Source of the DNA: the human T2T-CHM13v2.0 reference genome, Homo sapiens
Length of the DNA stretch: 64,000 nucleotides
Strand: one strand, 5' to 3'
NCBI RefSeq assembly: GCF_009914755.1
Contig: NC_060928.1
Shown here: positions 1-14,424 of the stretch, one piece after another
Layout: each line of letters opens with the position of its first letter
Numbering within the stretch: position 1 is the stretch's first letter
Position numbers and translations under genes: made by a program
The notes under the pieces: generated by a model
Database searches by the model: none
Told to the model about the DNA's origin: nothing
The model's input: only the letters and a program-made list of their open reading frames with translations

Positions 1-2649
1 TATATATGTATATATAGATATATATAAACTCTTATATAAAAGATGATCTACTGAAAGGCGGTGGGGTATGGTGGTGGTAGTGATTTATAGATGAAATCAC
101 TCCCACGGCATTGGCATCTTGGCAGTAGCTTATTCCTCAGCTTCTCTGAACTAGGCGTGGAACTCCAGTTACTTCCCATATATCTGATACATTTAGGCTG
201 CAACAAATTCAAGTGCTTTTCTTGCTTATTTTTCCCTTCTTTTAGAACAGAAGAAACCAGAAAAAAAATATTTTGTGAGAAAACAACAGTTCCTTACTCT
301 GTACCACCTGCTTAAATGCAAACCAAAGGCACTCAAATGATGCAACCCAAGAGTGTGGAAGAGGCTGGCGGATGGGCTGTCACGTCTGGCTGATCTGATG
401 TCAGAGCAGATCATGTGGTGCTCTGTGGGCAGCTGGGACTGGCCCGCCGAAAGCACATGGATTACAGTCTGAGGCTGTAATGGGAAAGTCGGTTCCTGGG
501 CTGCTGTCTCATAGACATCAGCTTGCAGGGAAGCTGGGGGCTCTCCGAATTGCCCTGCTCCGGGGCCCCTCCTGCTGCGTGACTCACAGGCACATTGCAG
601 AGAGAAGCTGCCGCTCCCAGTAAGTGCTTAAAGAAGGTCTTTATTCAGAGCATTTTGGAAGCGGGGAGGAAGTGTTTGTGTTGATAGGGGGTGCTGGAAG
701 CCTTTGTAAAACCCCCTCCTTGGGTCTGGGCTGGGCAGCGGCGCTTTCCATGCCATTCTGGAGTTCAAAGGCAGCGCTGATGTGCAAATGTTCCCCAGCC
801 CTGGTTTTGGTTTGTTCTCCATGTGATGTGTTTTTCTGATTTGCATTTTCTCTTTCTGTAATCGTAGGGCAGATTTTTAAGATCTGGTTAAAGTGAATTG
901 ATTTATTTGAGATTCCCAGCCCCAGAGTGGACTTGGTGTTCCCTGTATGATAAGCAGGGAGAGGGGCAAGAGGGTGGTGGCTCTTTTGGTCAGAATACTG
1001 CTTGTGTTAAGACACTGGCTGTGTCTGTGCCGGAGAAAGTGGTTGCCACCCCTTCTCTGCATTGGGTGAGTAGGTGGTGTGAGAGAAAGCGGGGGTGAAC
1101 CAGCAGTAAAGAGATTTAATTAGTTTTTGGTAAACAGCAGTGCTATTAGTATGTTGCCTTTTTTTATGGTCAAAATTTATATTAAATAGTGTCAGCTGGC
1201 AGAACAGGTGCTGGCAGTAGAAGAATGATGGAGTTCTTTCTCCCTTTCCCAGCTAGTGAATTGTCTTTCCTGCATCGAAAGCCCAATTAAGGAGTAGAGA
1301 GAAATGTAACAGATACAGATTTCTGAGCAGTGTTTTTTTGTTTGTTTGTTTGTTCTTTGGCTTGGTTTTTATTTTTTATTCCTAAAAAGCACCACATTCC
1401 CACACTCATGCATCAGGAATGATTCTCACCTCGACGATGTCTTAGGTGTGGCCTTTTTGGAGAGCAAAGGAATAAATTCAATAACATCTTTCTCTTCCTC
1501 CTGAGCATATAACATTAAGTTTGCTTTAGAGACTGAAAATAAATGTGTGTGGTTGGAAGGAGATATAAAGGGGAATTTAGAAGAACAGATTGTTTATTTG
1601 CCCTGGCACTTTTCTGTGAACACTTGATAGAGTTCTAGGTCAAGGTGTATGGTGTCCCCTTGAGGGATAATAGGCAAATAATTAGGCTATGTCTTTAAGC
1701 ATTGGAAAATCTTTATTTTTTAAAGGAAGAGAACCTAGTCTTTTCTATGAATCTCTGCACAAACCAGAGACTTTGGGGCCAAACACTGATTCCAGAAACA
1801 CTTAGGCATTGAAGAAACTTTTGGGTGAGAAAGATGATGGTATGAATGCAAAGAAAATATGCTTAGATGAGTTTTGTCCTTTTTTTTTAGCCTTTTGCAG
1901 TATATGGTTTAAGTCACAGAACAACAAACAACAGAAGAGAGCATGCCCCACCCAGTGTTGTGAACATGGATGATTCCCCTCCCATTCTATTCCACTGAAC
2001 TGCATAAACACTAGCACAGAGACAGTTCTAATTCATCTTTTGAACCCTGTATGTTACAGGTACAAGCCATATAAAATGAAGACATAGAGAAATGGAAGAT
2101 CCTCCCACCCCACCCTACTTTCTCCTCCTTCCATATTGTTGAGTGAAGCTATATTCATCTTGGAAAGGGTCTGCATCACTGCTTGTAATTTTGTTAGCCA
2201 TTTCTTGTAGACGAGCACGGTGTGAGGAATTCAGAGGTAGTCTTCCTGATCTGGCCCTCCGTCTCTGCCTAGACCACACCCCCTTTTTTGGCCACATGCC
2301 TAAAACTCTCTGAAGGGGAGTGTGATAAAACGATGCTCATCCTTGGGCACATGGATTCCTCGGTCACAAAACTGAAGAGGCCTGATTTCTCTGCAGACAC
2401 ACATTTCCTGCTTCTCAGGGTGAAGATACCCATTTATGGGGGTTTTAGAATTCCTTTTCTTTAACACAGTAATGTGAAAAGAAATGGAAGAAAATTATCC
2501 ATTTTTCCATCTCACTCACACAACTATGTTTAATGTCCTGTATCCTCTTCCTGTCTTTATCATCACATTAGGCTAGCTATGTTTAATGCAGAAGGGCTAT
2601 CCACACTCCTTCAGATTTCTGCTTTTCAGGGAAGGCACCTGTAGTTACA

Positions 2650-2795
2650 GTCTTAGAACTGGACCAGACCCTATTAGGACTGATAGTTCAGCCATATTTC
2701 ACAGAGGGTAAAGCTGGTCAGAGTTACACATCTGATGAGTGACAGAGTTGGGACTAGAACTCAGATTGCCTGACTGCCCAGTGCTCCTTCTGCAA
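2650..2795. mobile_element. MIR fragment
   Basis: Degenerate MIR core (tttcacagag..gttacacat..agtgacagagttgggactagaactcag). Confidence 0.55.
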
Positions 2796-2965
2796 TCATG
2801 CAACCTAAGGAGAGAACATTTTCTTTAAAAATTAGGTGTTTTTTTCAATTTCTGGTTCTTTTTTATTTAAAATGCTGTGTAATTATTAGCATAGTAAAAT
2901 GACTGTAATTTCACCGTCTTTCCCGAAGAATGTCTTGCAATAGATTGGAAAGTCAATTTTGTGTT

Positions 2966-3703
<738 letters not shown>

Positions 3704-3854
3704 CAGATTGGGAAATCTTTACAGAGAAAATTAAGTTCTGTTTTCTTAGGAAAGTAGCATATTTATATTCTTTGTGGGTCATGTGATGAGATCTCAAATA
3801 CCTGATTGTTATAGTTTTCTAATCTTGGCTTTCTGAGAATGTAGACTACCCTAA

Positions 3855-4018
3855 TTTTTTTTTTTATTTTTTTTTTGAGACTGGGTCTCAGTCTGTCACC
3901 CAGGCTGGAGTGCAGTGGTGTGATCACAGCTCATGTAACCTTGAACTCTTGGGCTCAAGTGATCCTCTCACCTCAGCCTCTTGAGTAACTGGGATTATAG
4001 GCAAGCACCACTATGCTG
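3855..4018 (-). mobile_element. Alu right-arm monomer (FRAM/AluJ part)
   Basis: T-tail followed by one antisense Alu arm. Confidence 0.8.
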
Positions 4019-4126
4019 TCTTCTACCCTAATTAATAAGGGGGATTATTGTTCAGTTATGGCAAATCACATACCACGAGAACATTTAGAAGCTTCATTCT
4101 ATTTGGGTGGTTTTCTGAGTCATAGA

Positions 4127-4418
4127 TTTTTTTTTTTTTTTGAGAAAGGGTCTGTCTGTCACCCAGGCTGGAGTACATTCGTGCAATCTTGGCTTAATGC
4201 CACCTCCGCATCCTGGGCTCAAGCCATCCTCCTATCTCAGCCCCACCAAATAGCTGGGACCACAGGTGTGTGCCACCACGCCCAGCTAACTTTTGTATTT
4301 TTTGTAGACACAGGGTTTCACCTTGTTGCCCAGGCTGGTCTTGAACTCCTGGGCTCAAGCGATCCACCCGCCTCAGCCTCCCAAAGAGCTGGGATTACAG
4401 GCATGAGCCACTGCGCCT
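4127..4418 (-). mobile_element. AluJ
   Basis: Full dimer, antisense. Confidence 0.9.
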
Positions 4419-4475
4419 AATGTTCTTTCTTTATACAAACCTATTCATGGTGACATATTTAAAAACCATTTAAGG

Positions 4476-5110
<635 letters not shown>

Positions 5111-6491
5111 CCTGAAATAATAAAAACAAAACAAAGAAAGAAAGATTTAAAAGATGTTTAATTCAAAATAAAATTTCAGATTAATTTTTTCCCTGTTGAG
5201 ATCAATGCTAGACCCACAAGAGATTTAAAAAAAAAAACTTGTTCATTGATAGAACAAATATATAGAACATTGCAATTCTTGCTTATGAGTATAATGAGAT
5301 TTAAAAGGTAATCCAACATTATGCTGTTCCATAATGTTTTTAGAATGCCCATCTGTTAATTATTCAGTCTTATTTTGGTAAGGGTAAGACTCCCGCGTTA
5401 TTTGCTTAAAATAACGCACATGTGAATAAATGTCATAGATAATTCACCTGTGTTGATGCTATTTGTAAAAGCAATAAACACAAAATTAGATTGGGTGTTG
5501 TTTAATTACAATTTTTGGAAATCTCAAATTCAATACAGAGGTCCTCTGATTATATCCTGGATATGCAATAGTCAGTTTCTACTGGTTGAGTGAGGGTATC
5601 TCTTCATTGTAGACATTAAACTGTAGTGATATATTGGGAGAAATTAGTTCTGGTGGCTTTGAGTGGTTTCAAAAAGAATAATTGGGACACTGTTCTAAAC
5701 AGCCAACACTGTCTAGCTCAGAAACAAATGACTGCATGTGTGACATTTCTAAATGGTGACATCTTCAAGGAACCCTCTAAATGGTTACTTATTTTAAGCT
5801 TCAGGTTATGGAGGAAAGAAAAAATTAGTCAGGGGATATTAGTTGTTAATGGTCCTAGTATGAACAGACAGAAACTCCAAATAAAGATATCATTTATTTC
5901 CAAAAGATGTAACTAAGAGGAAATGCAAAAAAAAAAAAAATGCAAAGTTCAGTAAAGTGAATAGCTGCTGTACTAATTGTAAATTTCACTCTTTGAGGTC
6001 TTGGGTGCCTTTAACCGATTCCATTTAGGCAGAAAGCACAAGCAAATATCTCTTGTTGTAAACAAAGCAACAAATTTAAGTTAATGCTAATGTGTTCACA
6101 GCCAGAGCCAAAAGTTTTTCAGGGTTATTATAACACACTGGGCTCTCAGCCCATCCATCTAAATGTCCAAAGTACACTAAAGTTATGGATTGGCCCATTG
6201 TATATACCATCCCACATGAGAGCCAGATGCTACTGTTTACTGTGCTAGTGACTTAGCCAGATTCAATGTGAAATCTGAGATTACTGTTTGGGGTCCATGG
6301 AAGTTATAGATGGATTTTTCTGATCATGGATTTAGGCTTCTATACTTCGATCTGTTTTGATTAATGCCGATTTTTTTTTAAGGACAATCTTTTAAACCTA
6401 ATTATACCCTAAACTTTAGATGGAGAGTTTCCTTGTAAAAATTGTTTTCATTTATTGTCTTTGGACCTTGGATGTGTTGTAGGTCTTCAGC

Positions 6492-6492
<1 letters not shown>

Positions 6493-6534
<42 letters not shown>

Positions 6535-6543
6535 CGTCTATCT
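6493..6543. repeat. (TCTA)n microsatellite at an Alu tail
   Basis: Direct reading. Confidence 0.95.
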
Positions 6544-6548
6544 AGAGG

Positions 6549-7151
<603 letters not shown>

Positions 7152-7315
7152 TTTTAGCATATTTTTATTCTTTGTTTTGAGCATGGAAAAGAAGCCATGG
7201 AATTCTATTGCATGGCAACCACACTAGAAAATGTAATTATAATGCAGATTTTAAGATGATTTGGTAAAAAAACCAGTTCTGTATATATTGATTTAGAAAA
7301 ATACTATCCACTGTC

Positions 7316-7711
7316 TTAAGAAAATGTGGCACATATACACCATGGAATATTATGCAGCCATAAAAAATGATGAGTTCATGTCCTTTGTAGGTACATGGAT
7401 CAAGATGGAAACCAACAGTCTGAGCAAACTATTGCAAGGACAGAAAACCAAACATCACATATTCTCACTCATAGGTGGGAATTGAACAATGAGAACACCT
7501 GGACACAGGGTGGGGAACATCACATACCAGGCCTGTCATGGGGTGGGGAGAGGGAGGAGGGATAGCATTAGGAGATATACCTAATGTAAATAATAAGTTA
7601 ATGGGTGCAGCACACCAACATGGCACATGTATACATATGTAACAAACCTGCATGTTGTGCACATGTACCCTAGAACATAAAGGATAATAAAAAAAAAATT
7701 TAAAAAAAGAA
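7316..7711 (+). mobile_element. 5'-truncated L1PA (about PA4-PA6) 3' end
   Basis: ttaagaaaatgtggcacatatacaccatgg..gggatagcattaggagatatacctaatg..A-tail. 21-bp TSD agaaaaa(t/g)actatccactgtc at 7295-7315 and 7712-7732. Confidence 0.95.
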
Positions 7712-7926
7712 AGAAAAAGACTATCCACTGTCCTCAGTTGGAAAGAAAATTTCATCATTCAAGACCCAGTATTATCAGATTTTGTTGACATAGTTAGATC
7801 CCTTATCCCTTAACCCTATCTGATTTGGTTTATGTCCTTTTCATCCAACTAAACTGGTTTTTGAGGAAGTATCACAAGTAATGATAATACTACCAATAAT
7901 ACTACCAATACTACAAAAGCAACTGT

Positions 7927-8444
7927 TGTAGGGGAGGAAAGATTTCTTTTCCTCATCCATTGCTAAGTTCATGGCTGAGGCACCTATAACAAAAGACAGA
8001 TTAACCAGAGAAAATCATAAACCAAATTCACTTAATTAATATATTTACATGACATAAGAGCCTTCAGAAATGAAGACCCAAAGAAACAGGTAAATTTGTA
8101 CATTTTTGTGCTTAGGTTTGATGAAGAGTAGACAGTTGTGGAAAAGTATGATTGGACAAAGGAGGTGTGATCTAATGGTAATAAACTGGGGGACTTAGCT
8201 AGACCTGTGTATTCATATTTGTCTCTGTGTCCCTGTGCCTTTGGAGATAAGAACATTCCTTTCCTCCATATATAGGGTGGGCACCTCTCCATGAGAGCCT
8301 TAATTACTTATTTCACAGGAAGGTCAAAGAATTGTGTTTTGGCTTACTTCAGGGGAGAAGGTCAACGAGTAACTTTTCTGCTTCTACTGCTTCCTCAAAT
8401 GCCAAAGTGCCATATTTTGGGGTAGCAGGTCCTGAATCCCATCA
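7927..8444 (-). mobile_element. ERV1 MER4-group solo LTR (MER39/MER34-like)
   Basis: TG..CA ends, MER4-group terminus gtgccatattttggggtagc..cccatca, 4-bp TSD ctgt/ctgc. Confidence 0.7.
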
Positions 8445-8651
8445 CTGCTAAATGCTGAGCACTTTCCATATGCAAGACCCTGTACTAATACTTCGTTTAT
8501 TTAGGGACATTTCACAGATGGTAAGATGAACTTGCCCCAAATGTGTGACTTGTCATTTGAGAATCCAGTCAGTCCAGACTTTCTAAGTCTAAGGCCTATC
8601 TCATAACCTGTTGTTACTATTTTGACTATAAATTTCTATAGAGTTGTGTAG

Positions 8652-10073
8652 TCTGTTTTGCTTCAGACTTCGAAAACCACTTGTGACATCTGTACCAAAC
8701 ACAGTGACAATGGTCTCACTGCAACCTGAAAAGCCAGTTGTCCCTGGAACAGAAGTAACACTTTCCCTACCAGCAGTAACTTTTGAAGAATCTTCAGGTG
8801 CAGCTATTTGTCTTCCATCTGTGAAACCTTTTGTTACATCTACTGGGACCACATCTGACAAGCCTGTTATTGGCACTCCAATGCAAATCAAACTTGCCCA
8901 GCCGGGCCCTGTCCTTTCACAACCAGCTGGGATTCCACAGGCAGTTAAAGTCAAGCAACTAGTAGTTCAGCAGGCTTCAGGAGGCAGTGAAAAACGGGTG
9001 ACCACACTTACACATTCCTCAGCATTGACCATTCAGAAATCTGGATAGAAGACAATGCCAGTGAACACCATAATACCTACCAGTCAGTTTCTTCCATCTT
9101 CTGTTCTAAAGCAAATTACTCTGCCTGGAAATAAAATTCTGTTGCTTCAAGCATCTTCTACTCAAAAAAATAAAGTAAAAGAGAATGGAACAATATGCTT
9201 CAGGGATGAAGATGACATCAATGATGTGACTTCTATGGCAGGGGTCAACCTTAATGAAGAAAATGCCTGTGTCTTAGCAACAAACTCTGAATTGGTTGGC
9301 ACACTCATTCAGTCATGTAAAGATGAACCATTTCTTTTTATTGGAGTTCTACAAAAGAGAATTTTAGACATTGGTAAAAAGCATGACATTACAGAACTTA
9401 ACTGTTGCTGTGAACTTGATCACCCATGCAACACAGGAAAAATTATGAAGCCTTCTAGAAAAACTGACTGCAATTGCTCAGCATTGAATGACTACTTACA
9501 AGGCAAGTGAAAATTACATCCTGTGTAGTGATACCAGGTCACACCTCAAATTTCTTGAAAAGCTGGATCAATTGGAGAAGCAGAGAAAGGATTTAGAAGA
9601 AAGAGAAATGTTACTTAAGGCAGCCAAGAGTCATTGTAATAAAGAAGATCCAGAACAGCTGAGATTAAAGCAGAAAGCCAATGAGTTACAGCAACTGGAA
9701 CTTGAACAGATACAGCATAGAGATGCTAATCTCACAGCTCTTGCAGCTATTGGACCAAGGAAGAAGAGACCACTAGAACTTGGAAGTGAGGGCTTAAAAG
9801 ACAACCTTCTTGCTTCTGGGACATCCAGCCTGACAGTCACCAAACAGTTGCTTCATCTAAGAATCACAAGAATCTGCCTCAGGGACTTGATATTTTGTAT
9901 GGAACAGGAAGAGGAGATGAAATATTCTCGAGCTCTATACCTGGCCCTTCTGAAGGGACCACTCTACTCTCCATCCAGATCCTTGCAATTTACTGCCAAG
10001 GAAGACACAAAGAGCATTGTTGCACTGTTCTGAAATTTCGATTCCTGGAACATAATCACCAATATGAAAGAGC
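8652..10073 (+). pseudogene. TAF4B: Processed, 5'-truncated TAF4B (TFIID subunit 4B) pseudogene
   Basis: Three consecutive ORFs (8644-9048, 9055-9510, 9488-10033) translate to the TAF4B C-terminal half with no introns: KPLVTSV..LQPEKPVV, FRDEDDINDVTSMAGVNLNEE, FLFIGxLQKRILDIGKKHDITELN, [53 protein letters not shown]. Lesions: frameshift near 8672, in-frame TAG at 9046-9048, frameshift near 9402, native stop read as GGA at 9956-9958. About 115 bp of 3' UTR follows. Confidence 0.95.
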
Positions 10074-10583
10074 AAACAAATGGAAAAACATTTCATGCTC
10101 GTGGATAGGAAGAATCAATATTGTTAAAATGGCCATACTGCCCAAATCAATTTACAGATTCAACACTATTCCTATCTAAGTGACAATAATATTTTTTACA
10201 GAACTAGAAAAAGCTATTCTAAAATTCATAAGGAATAAAAAAAGAGGCCGAATAAACAAAGCAATCCTAAGCAAAAAGAACAAAGCTGGAGGCATTACAC
10301 TGCTGATCTTCAAACTATACCACAGGCTGCAATAACCAAAACAGCATAGTACTGGTACAAAGACAGACACAGAGACGAATAGAACAGGTTAGAGAACACA
10401 GAAATAAAGTCGCAAACCTACAACCATCTGATCTTCAACAAAGCCTACAAAAATAAGCATTGGGGAAAGGATTCCCTATTCAATAAACACTGCTGGGATA
10501 ACTGGCTAGCCATATGCAGAAGATTGAAACATGACTCCTTTCTTTCACCATATACAAAAATCAACTCAAGATGAATTACGGAC

Positions 10584-10882
10584 TTTTTTTTTTTTTTTTT
10601 TTTGAGACAGAGTCTTGCTCTGTCGCCCAGGCTGGAGTGCAGTGGTATAATCTTGGCTCACTGCAACCTCCGCCTCCTGGGTTCAAGCAATTCTCTGCCT
10701 CAGCCTCCCTCGTAGCTGGAATTAAAAGTACCCCCCACCACGTCCAGCTAATTTTTGTATTTTTAGTAAAGAGGGGGGTTTCACCATCTTGGCCAGGCTG
10801 GTGTTGAATTCCTGACCTCGTGATCCACCCGCCTCGGACTCCCAAAGTGTTGGGATTACAGGCGTGAGCCACCGCGCCCAGC
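10584..10882 (-). mobile_element. AluS inside L1
   Basis: Full dimer, TSD tgaatta(c/a)ggact. Confidence 0.92.
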
Positions 10883-11203
10883 TGAATTAAGGACTTAAAT
10901 ATAAAATCTGAAACTGTAAAACCCCTAGCAGAACACATAGGAAGTACAATTCTAGACACAGGCTCTGGCAAAGATGTCATGACAAAGATTCCAAAAGCAA
11001 TTGCAACAAAACAAAAAATTGACAAATGGGACCTAATTAAAGTAAATAACCTTTGCACAGCCAAGGAAACTATTAACAGAGTAAACAGACAACCTCCAGA
11101 ATGGAGGTTTGCAAACTATGTATCCAGCAAAAGTCTATGTATCCAGCAAACGTCTAATATCCGGAATCTATAAGGCACTTAAAGCAAAAAACAAACAACC
11201 CTA

Positions 11204-11722
<519 letters not shown>

Positions 11723-11724
11723 CA

Positions 11725-11862
11725 GGCCTAGTGCAGTGGCTCATGCCTATAATCCCAGCACTTTGGGAGGCGAAGGCAGAAGGATTGCTTTGAGACCAGG
11801 AGTTAGACTAGCCTGGGCAACATAGTATGAGCCCATCTCTACAAAAAAAAAAAAAAAAAAAA
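11725..11862 (+). mobile_element. Alu left monomer (FLAM-like) with A20 tail
   Basis: ggcctagtgcagtggctcatgcc..cccatctctac followed by an A-run. Confidence 0.88.
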
Positions 11863-12024
11863 GGAAGGGCAAAGACATGGAGAGACACTTCTCAAAAGAA
11901 GACACACAGGCGGCCAACAGGCATATGAAAAAAATTCTCAAAACTAATCATTAGAGATATGCAAATCAAAACCACAATGAGATACCATCTCACACTAGTT
12001 AGAAGGGCTATTATTAAAAAGTCA

Positions 12025-12418
<394 letters not shown>

Positions 12419-12984
12419 TCAGCCACTATGGAAAGCAGTTTGAAGATTTCTCAAAGAACTTAAAAGAGAGCTACCCTTTGACACAGCGTCTCATCACTGA
12501 GTGTATAACAAAAGAAACATAAATTGTTCTACCATAAAGTCATATGCACACATATGTTCATTGCAGCACTACTCACAACAGCAAAGACATGGAATCAACC
12601 TAAAAGCCCATCAACAGTGGACTGGGTAAATAAAATGTGGTACATACACAACATGGAATACTACAGTCATTAAAATGAATGAGATCATGTCCTTTGTAGC
12701 AATATAGATGGAGCCGGAGGCCATTATCCTAAGCAAATTAACACAGTAACAGGAAACAAAATACCAGATGTTCTCATTTATAGGTGGAAGCTAAACATGG
12801 AGTACAAATACACATGGACATAAAGAAGGGAACATTAGACACTGGGGCCTACTTAAAGGTGGAGTGTGGGAGGAGAGTGAAGATTGGTACTTATCGGTTA
12901 CTATGGTTATTACCTGGGTAACAAAATAATCTATACACCAAACCCCTGTAACATGCAATTATTATTATTATTTTTTTTTGAGAC

Positions 12985-14424
12985 TGAGAGGTGACAACGT
13001 GCTAACAGCCCTTGCTCGCTCTCGGCACCTCCTCAGGCTACGGCATCCACTCTGGCTGCGCTTGAGGAGCCCTTCAGCCCGCAGCTGCACTGTGGGAGCC
13101 CCTCTCTGGGCTGGCCAAGGCCAAAGCCAGCTCCCTCTGCTTGCAGGGAGGTGTGGAGGGAGAGGCGTGGGCAGGAACCGGGGCTGTGCATGGCACTCGC
13201 AGGCCAGCACGGGTTCCAGGTGGGCACGGGCTTGGTGGGCCCTGCACTCAGAACGGCTGGCTGGAGCCACCAGCCCCAGGCAGTGAGGGGCTTAGCACCC
13301 GGGCCAGCAGCTGCGGAGGGTGCCCCGGGTCCCCCAGCACTGCTGGCCCACCTGTGCCTCGCTTGAATTCTCCCTGGGCCTCAGCCATCTCACCATAGGG
13401 CAGGGCTCGGGACCTGCAGCCCACCATGCCTGAGCCCCCACCCCCTCCATGGGCTCCCGCGTGGCCAGAGACTCCCCAATGGGTGCTGCCCCCTACTCTG
13501 CAGCGCCCAGTCCCATCGACTGCCCAAGGGCTGAGGAGTGCGGGCACGCGGCGTGGGACTGGCAGGCAGCTCTGCCCACGGCCCTGGTGCAGGATCCACT
13601 AGGCGAAGCAAGCTGGGCTCCTGAGTCGGGTGGGGACATGGAGAACTTTTATGCCTAGCTAAAGGATTGTAAATGCACCAATCAGCACTCTGTGTCTAGC
13701 TCAAGGTTTGTAAACGCACCAATCAGTGCTCTGTGTCTAGCTAATCTAGTGGGGACTTGGAGAACTTTTGTGTCTAGCTAAAGGATTGTAAATGCACCAA
13801 TCAGCACCTTGTGTGTAGCTCAAGGTTTGTAAACACACCAATCAGCACCCTGTGTCTAGCTCAAGGTTTGTAAATACACCAATCAGCACCCTGTCAAAAC
13901 GGACCAATCAACTCTCTGTAAAATGGGCCAATCAGCCCTGTAAAATGGACCAATCAGCAGGATGTGGGTGGGGTCACATGAGGGAATAAAAGCAGGCTGC
14001 TGGAGCCAGCACTCCTCGGGTCCTCTTTCATGCTGTGGAAGCTTTGTTTTTTCGCTCTTCACAATAAATCTTGCTGATGCTCAGTCTTTGGGTCCACGCC
14101 ACCTTTATAAGCTGTAACAGTCACTGTGAAGGTCTGCAGCTTCACTCCTGAAGCCAGCGAGACCACGAACTCACTGGGAGGAATGAACAATTCCGGACGT
14201 GCCACCTTTATGAACTGTAACACTCATTGTGAAGGTTTGCAGCTTCACTCCTGAGGCCAGCGAGACCCCAAACCCACCAGAAGGAAGAAACTCTGGACAC
14301 ATCTGAACATCTGAAGGAAAAAACTCCAGACGCACCATCTTTAAGAACTGTAACACTCACTGCAAGCGTCCATGGCTTCATTCTTGAAGTCAGCGAGACC
14401 AAGAACCCACCAATTCCGGACACA
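12985..14424 (+). mobile_element. ERV9 solo LTR (LTR12C/E-like)
   Basis: Starts TGAGAGGTGACAACGTGCT and ends CCAATTCCGGACACA; GC-rich 5' U3, tandem CCAAT repeats, U5 tandem repeats; 4-bp TSD agac/agat. Confidence 0.96.
13655..13990 (+). promoter_or_regulatory. LTR12 U3 enhancer/promoter: ~41-bp repeats, 8 CCAAT (NF-Y) boxes and an AATAAA TATA-like box
   Basis: CCAAT near 13678, 13719, 13797, 13838, 13879, 13904, 13928, 13950; aataaa at 13985-13990. Activity is inferred from the family only. Confidence 0.7.

Noticed and set aside
8655-8666. ttttgcttca versus ttttgcatca (near 14785) as the TSD of the TAF4B-L1 unit
   Set aside because: The left copy is TAF4B coding sequence (TTG CTT CAG, L-L-Q), so it lies inside the insert
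8644-10033. Functional TAF4B paralogue
   Set aside because: 5'-truncated with two frameshifts and an internal stop
11116-11153. 19-bp tandem duplication ctatgtatccagcaaa(a/c)gt in L1
   Set aside because: Ordinary slippage in a dead element
12968-13658. Overlapping Pro/Gly/Arg-rich ORFs on both strands
   Set aside because: By-product of the GC-rich LTR12 U3
13655-13960. Regular ~41-bp repeats resembling a CRISPR array
   Set aside because: No unique spacers. These are the standard ERV9 LTR12 U3 repeats in primate DNA.
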